Part shown: one piece after another, positions 61,228 through 64,000 of the stretch | How positions within the stretch are numbered: position 1 is the stretch's first letter | Layout: each line of letters opens with the position of its first letter | Notes under the pieces: model-generated | Database searches by the model: none | What the model saw: only the letters and a program-made list of their open reading frames with translations | Told to the model about the DNA's origin: nothing | Program-made: the position numbers and the translations under genes | Assembly (NCBI GenBank): GCA_000182565.2 | Contig: KQ257455.1 | Length of the DNA: 64,000 bases | Strand: one strand, 5' to 3' | DNA from: Spizellomyces punctatus DAOM BR117 | Lineage: Eukaryota

Positions 61228-64000
61228 ATGACCAAGGGCGGGACCACGCCAGCAGCTACCTTGCAGAGCTTCTATCCATCTGCAAAAAAGCCGAATACAG
61301 GAGGACGTGACAAAGTAAGGAGGCGCGCGATGTTCATGTCACCTGCTAGATTGTCTTATCAGTTTACTCCTGCTATAAAGTCGCTGAAATCTGTGGATAA
61401 TGTCATTGCCACTCCTACGCGAACCATATTTAGGAAACCTCGTCTTGGGACCAATGTCGTGGACCCAGCAGGCACTGTCGAGACAGAAAGAATCCCAGGG
61501 CAAACTGGCGGAAAGGTATGGTGATTTGGGTTCGGCCATTTTTCAGCTTTATCACCATTTGGTCAAGGTAACCATAGTAGTCTAATCCATATAATCCAAC
61601 AGCGTCAGCGTGATGCTGCCGAGCAGCGGACAGAGATGACCGTCTTCAGGACGCCAAAGAAAACGAAGGTGGATACGTCGGTTCACCTTCAAGCGGATGA
61701 GGTAAAACATCTCAGTGCGTGAAATTAAACCATAACCTTTCCCACCCATTAACCAAGTCGCGGAAAGATCTCCAGCGTGGATACTGATCCCACAATAGGA
61801 ACGATGGACGATCAGGCCATCATCAGAGACGCGACAAGTATAAAAGGAAAAAGTGCAGCGATTTCTATGCGCGAGCACTCTGATCAAATTTGCAAGACAG
61901 ATAGTTCTCAGCTGAGCTCAGGGGAGATCCCAAGAACACCAGCGAGAAAAGCAGCCAGGTAAACTTGTTTGGTCGCTCGGTATAAGCTGAGGTTGCATCT
62001 GACAACAGGGCAGTCGCCAAACACCGTCTTCCCTATCATTTGTCAGAATTGACCGACCGCGAGTCCGGTCGCCCCTTCCTTCCCCTACGTCGGAGAAAGT
62101 ACCTGAAGTGCATGATCCGCGCGAATCTCCCACCACCCTCAAGTGTGTTTTTTTATCCCTGTGCGGAAGAATTTCTCGTACTGTTCTGTGGTCCTGACGT
62201 GCCATTTATAGATTTTTAGCCACACCTGTCTCGTCTCCGAGTGGACCCATCATTTTAGCGACATCTTCGAAGGATATTGATGGGTCTCCATCTAGCAGGC
62301 GAGGGCCTGCATACCGAAGATACCGGCATCTGATAACTCCGGGGAGGAAGCTCATACTGCCCAGCAAATACGAGCTATTAGAGAAGATGTTCCACGGACT
62401 CGAGTATACCATTATGTTTATGAAGGGAAGAGACCAGCCTTGTGTATACCACAAGATTCGGAAAGCTGTTGAAAACATGTGCCACAGGTACCTTAGGCTG
62501 AACCCTGTAACCTGTAAGTGGCAACTAAGCTAGAAGTTTTATCTTTTTTAGGAATTTTGAACTTCGGAACCTGGCCCAAATCAGAGCGGTGTACCCCGAG
62601 GCGTATAGGTATAAAGCGGTCCAAACTGTTGATAGAGGCGTCAAGGTGGCATCTGTTTGCATTGACATTCCCGATGAAAACGAGGAGATCGCCAGTCAGG
62701 CCGCACCAGGGAGTGCGGGAGATTCACCCTCAATCATCCGGGGCGGCACACTGGTGGCGCCGAGCGCATCCGCTGTAGATAGTGTTGCAATGCGGAATAA
62801 AGCTGCAGGAGCGAGTAGGAGCATGGGCGAACGCAGGAACGAATTTCACAAGAGGTTATTGGAACGGGTGCATATTGAACATGAGGTGAGGCGAAACGAC
62901 ATACCAAATTGTGCCTCCGCATTCGGCGCAACTCCTAAGACCTTTCTGCGACAGAAATTTTTGGGGACGCTGCCATACACAATGAACGCAGCCAAAGAAG
63001 GAGAACTGCGCGCATGGCATCCTCAGTTCAATCTAGGCGCTGTACCGGATATTACACCTGCTGAAATGCCAGAATTGAAGGAAGAGACACCAGATTTTAG
63101 GACGGTCGCGCGAAAACGAGCGAACGAGGCTAGTAAGGTAGTTTGGTTCCGTCGCTGTCTCCGTATTATGTCTTCTGTTCTTAGCCCCAAAATCATTTTA
63201 GGCGTCTCATGACGCGACGAGTCCCGCACAAGGAGATATCCCTCCAGAAAATCATAGCCCCAAAAAGTCAGAAGAAGGCAAGGAACACGTTTCCATGAGC
63301 AAAGACGGCTCTGCTGGCCGTCAGGATCAAGCCAGTCCTCTGCCGCTTATACCGGCAGATCCCTTACCGGCTACGTCTGGTCCGCCGACTAAACCAAAAT
63401 CTCGAGCTGCGGCACTCCTCGAAAGGGTATGCCGCATTGGCCGATTGGATTAGGATCAATATTAATACTGTGTGCTTGGTCTCAGATACGAGAGAAGGAA
63501 CGGAAGAAGATGGAATCGGAGATGTACTCCAAGAAGCTGACTCCTGAGGAGATAAGAAAGAAAGCCATGTTATCGAGACTGGGAGACTTGGCCCAAGCTC
63601 TAAATTTGTAAGTTGGTGCGCCAGATGCGTGGTTCTTGTAAATCTCCGCTGATGTGTATGCACACGATCCAGCCTGTATGTTTCTGCTGGGAAAAATGTG
63701 ATGTCACTGAGCGATGTAACAAGCCATCTTGCGACGAGTTTAAGATCTGCATTGTCTGAAGGTGCCCATCAAATTGCTTGAAGAGCATTGCAAGCTTATT
63801 TTGAACTCATCATCTTCTCTTGAAACATAGCGGAAAGCCGCGAGCACGTCGGGCTTCTCGCAGACGTCGCACCAGAGTGGTGCAAATTGTCCATCCTCGA
63901 CATTGGGACATTTGTTAAAATCGATCGGGGTATGGAATTAGCCAAGGTCAAGGAGAGGGTTCAGGAGGCCTTAGCGGAAATGACGAAGTCAGAGACGTAA
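61228..64000 (+). CDS. CDT1: DNA replication licensing factor Cdt1 (spliced; TAA stop at 63998-64000)
   Basis: LPSKYELLEKMFHGLE, LAQIRAVYPEAY, RRNEFHKRLL, WHPQFNLGAVPDI, LLER|IREKE, EHVGLLADVAPEWC. Confidence 0.88.

Overview
Compact, intron-rich eukaryotic DNA (short, mostly GT-AG introns; many head-to-head gene pairs) from a flagellated fungus, most likely a chytrid. The evidence for this is fungal-type housekeeping genes alongside the flagellar genes IFT46, DRC3 and RSPH10B. About 27 spliced protein-coding genes fill the window. I found no rRNA, convincing tRNA, transposon or CRISPR. CDS coordinates are start-to-stop spans including introns, assembled by eye. The strongest leads are: (1) an Attractin/MEGF8-like CUB-EGF-Kelch-PSI-TM protein whose cytoplasmic tail resembles the Attractin tail that recruits a Mahogunin-type E3 ligase; (2) an opsin-like class A GPCR lacking the retinal lysine and both counterions; (3) an intronless, bacterial-looking ATP-grasp ligase head-to-head with PDX2, where fungi often have PDX1; (4) an intact TilS-like gene with a degenerate PP-loop; (5) an MpaB/DUF2236 oxygenase-like protein with its conserved His replaced. 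Promoters repeatedly carry extended E-boxes, and one orphan gene has a dense CGCG (MCB/E2F-like) cluster upstream. All family assignments come from motif recognition without database searches.
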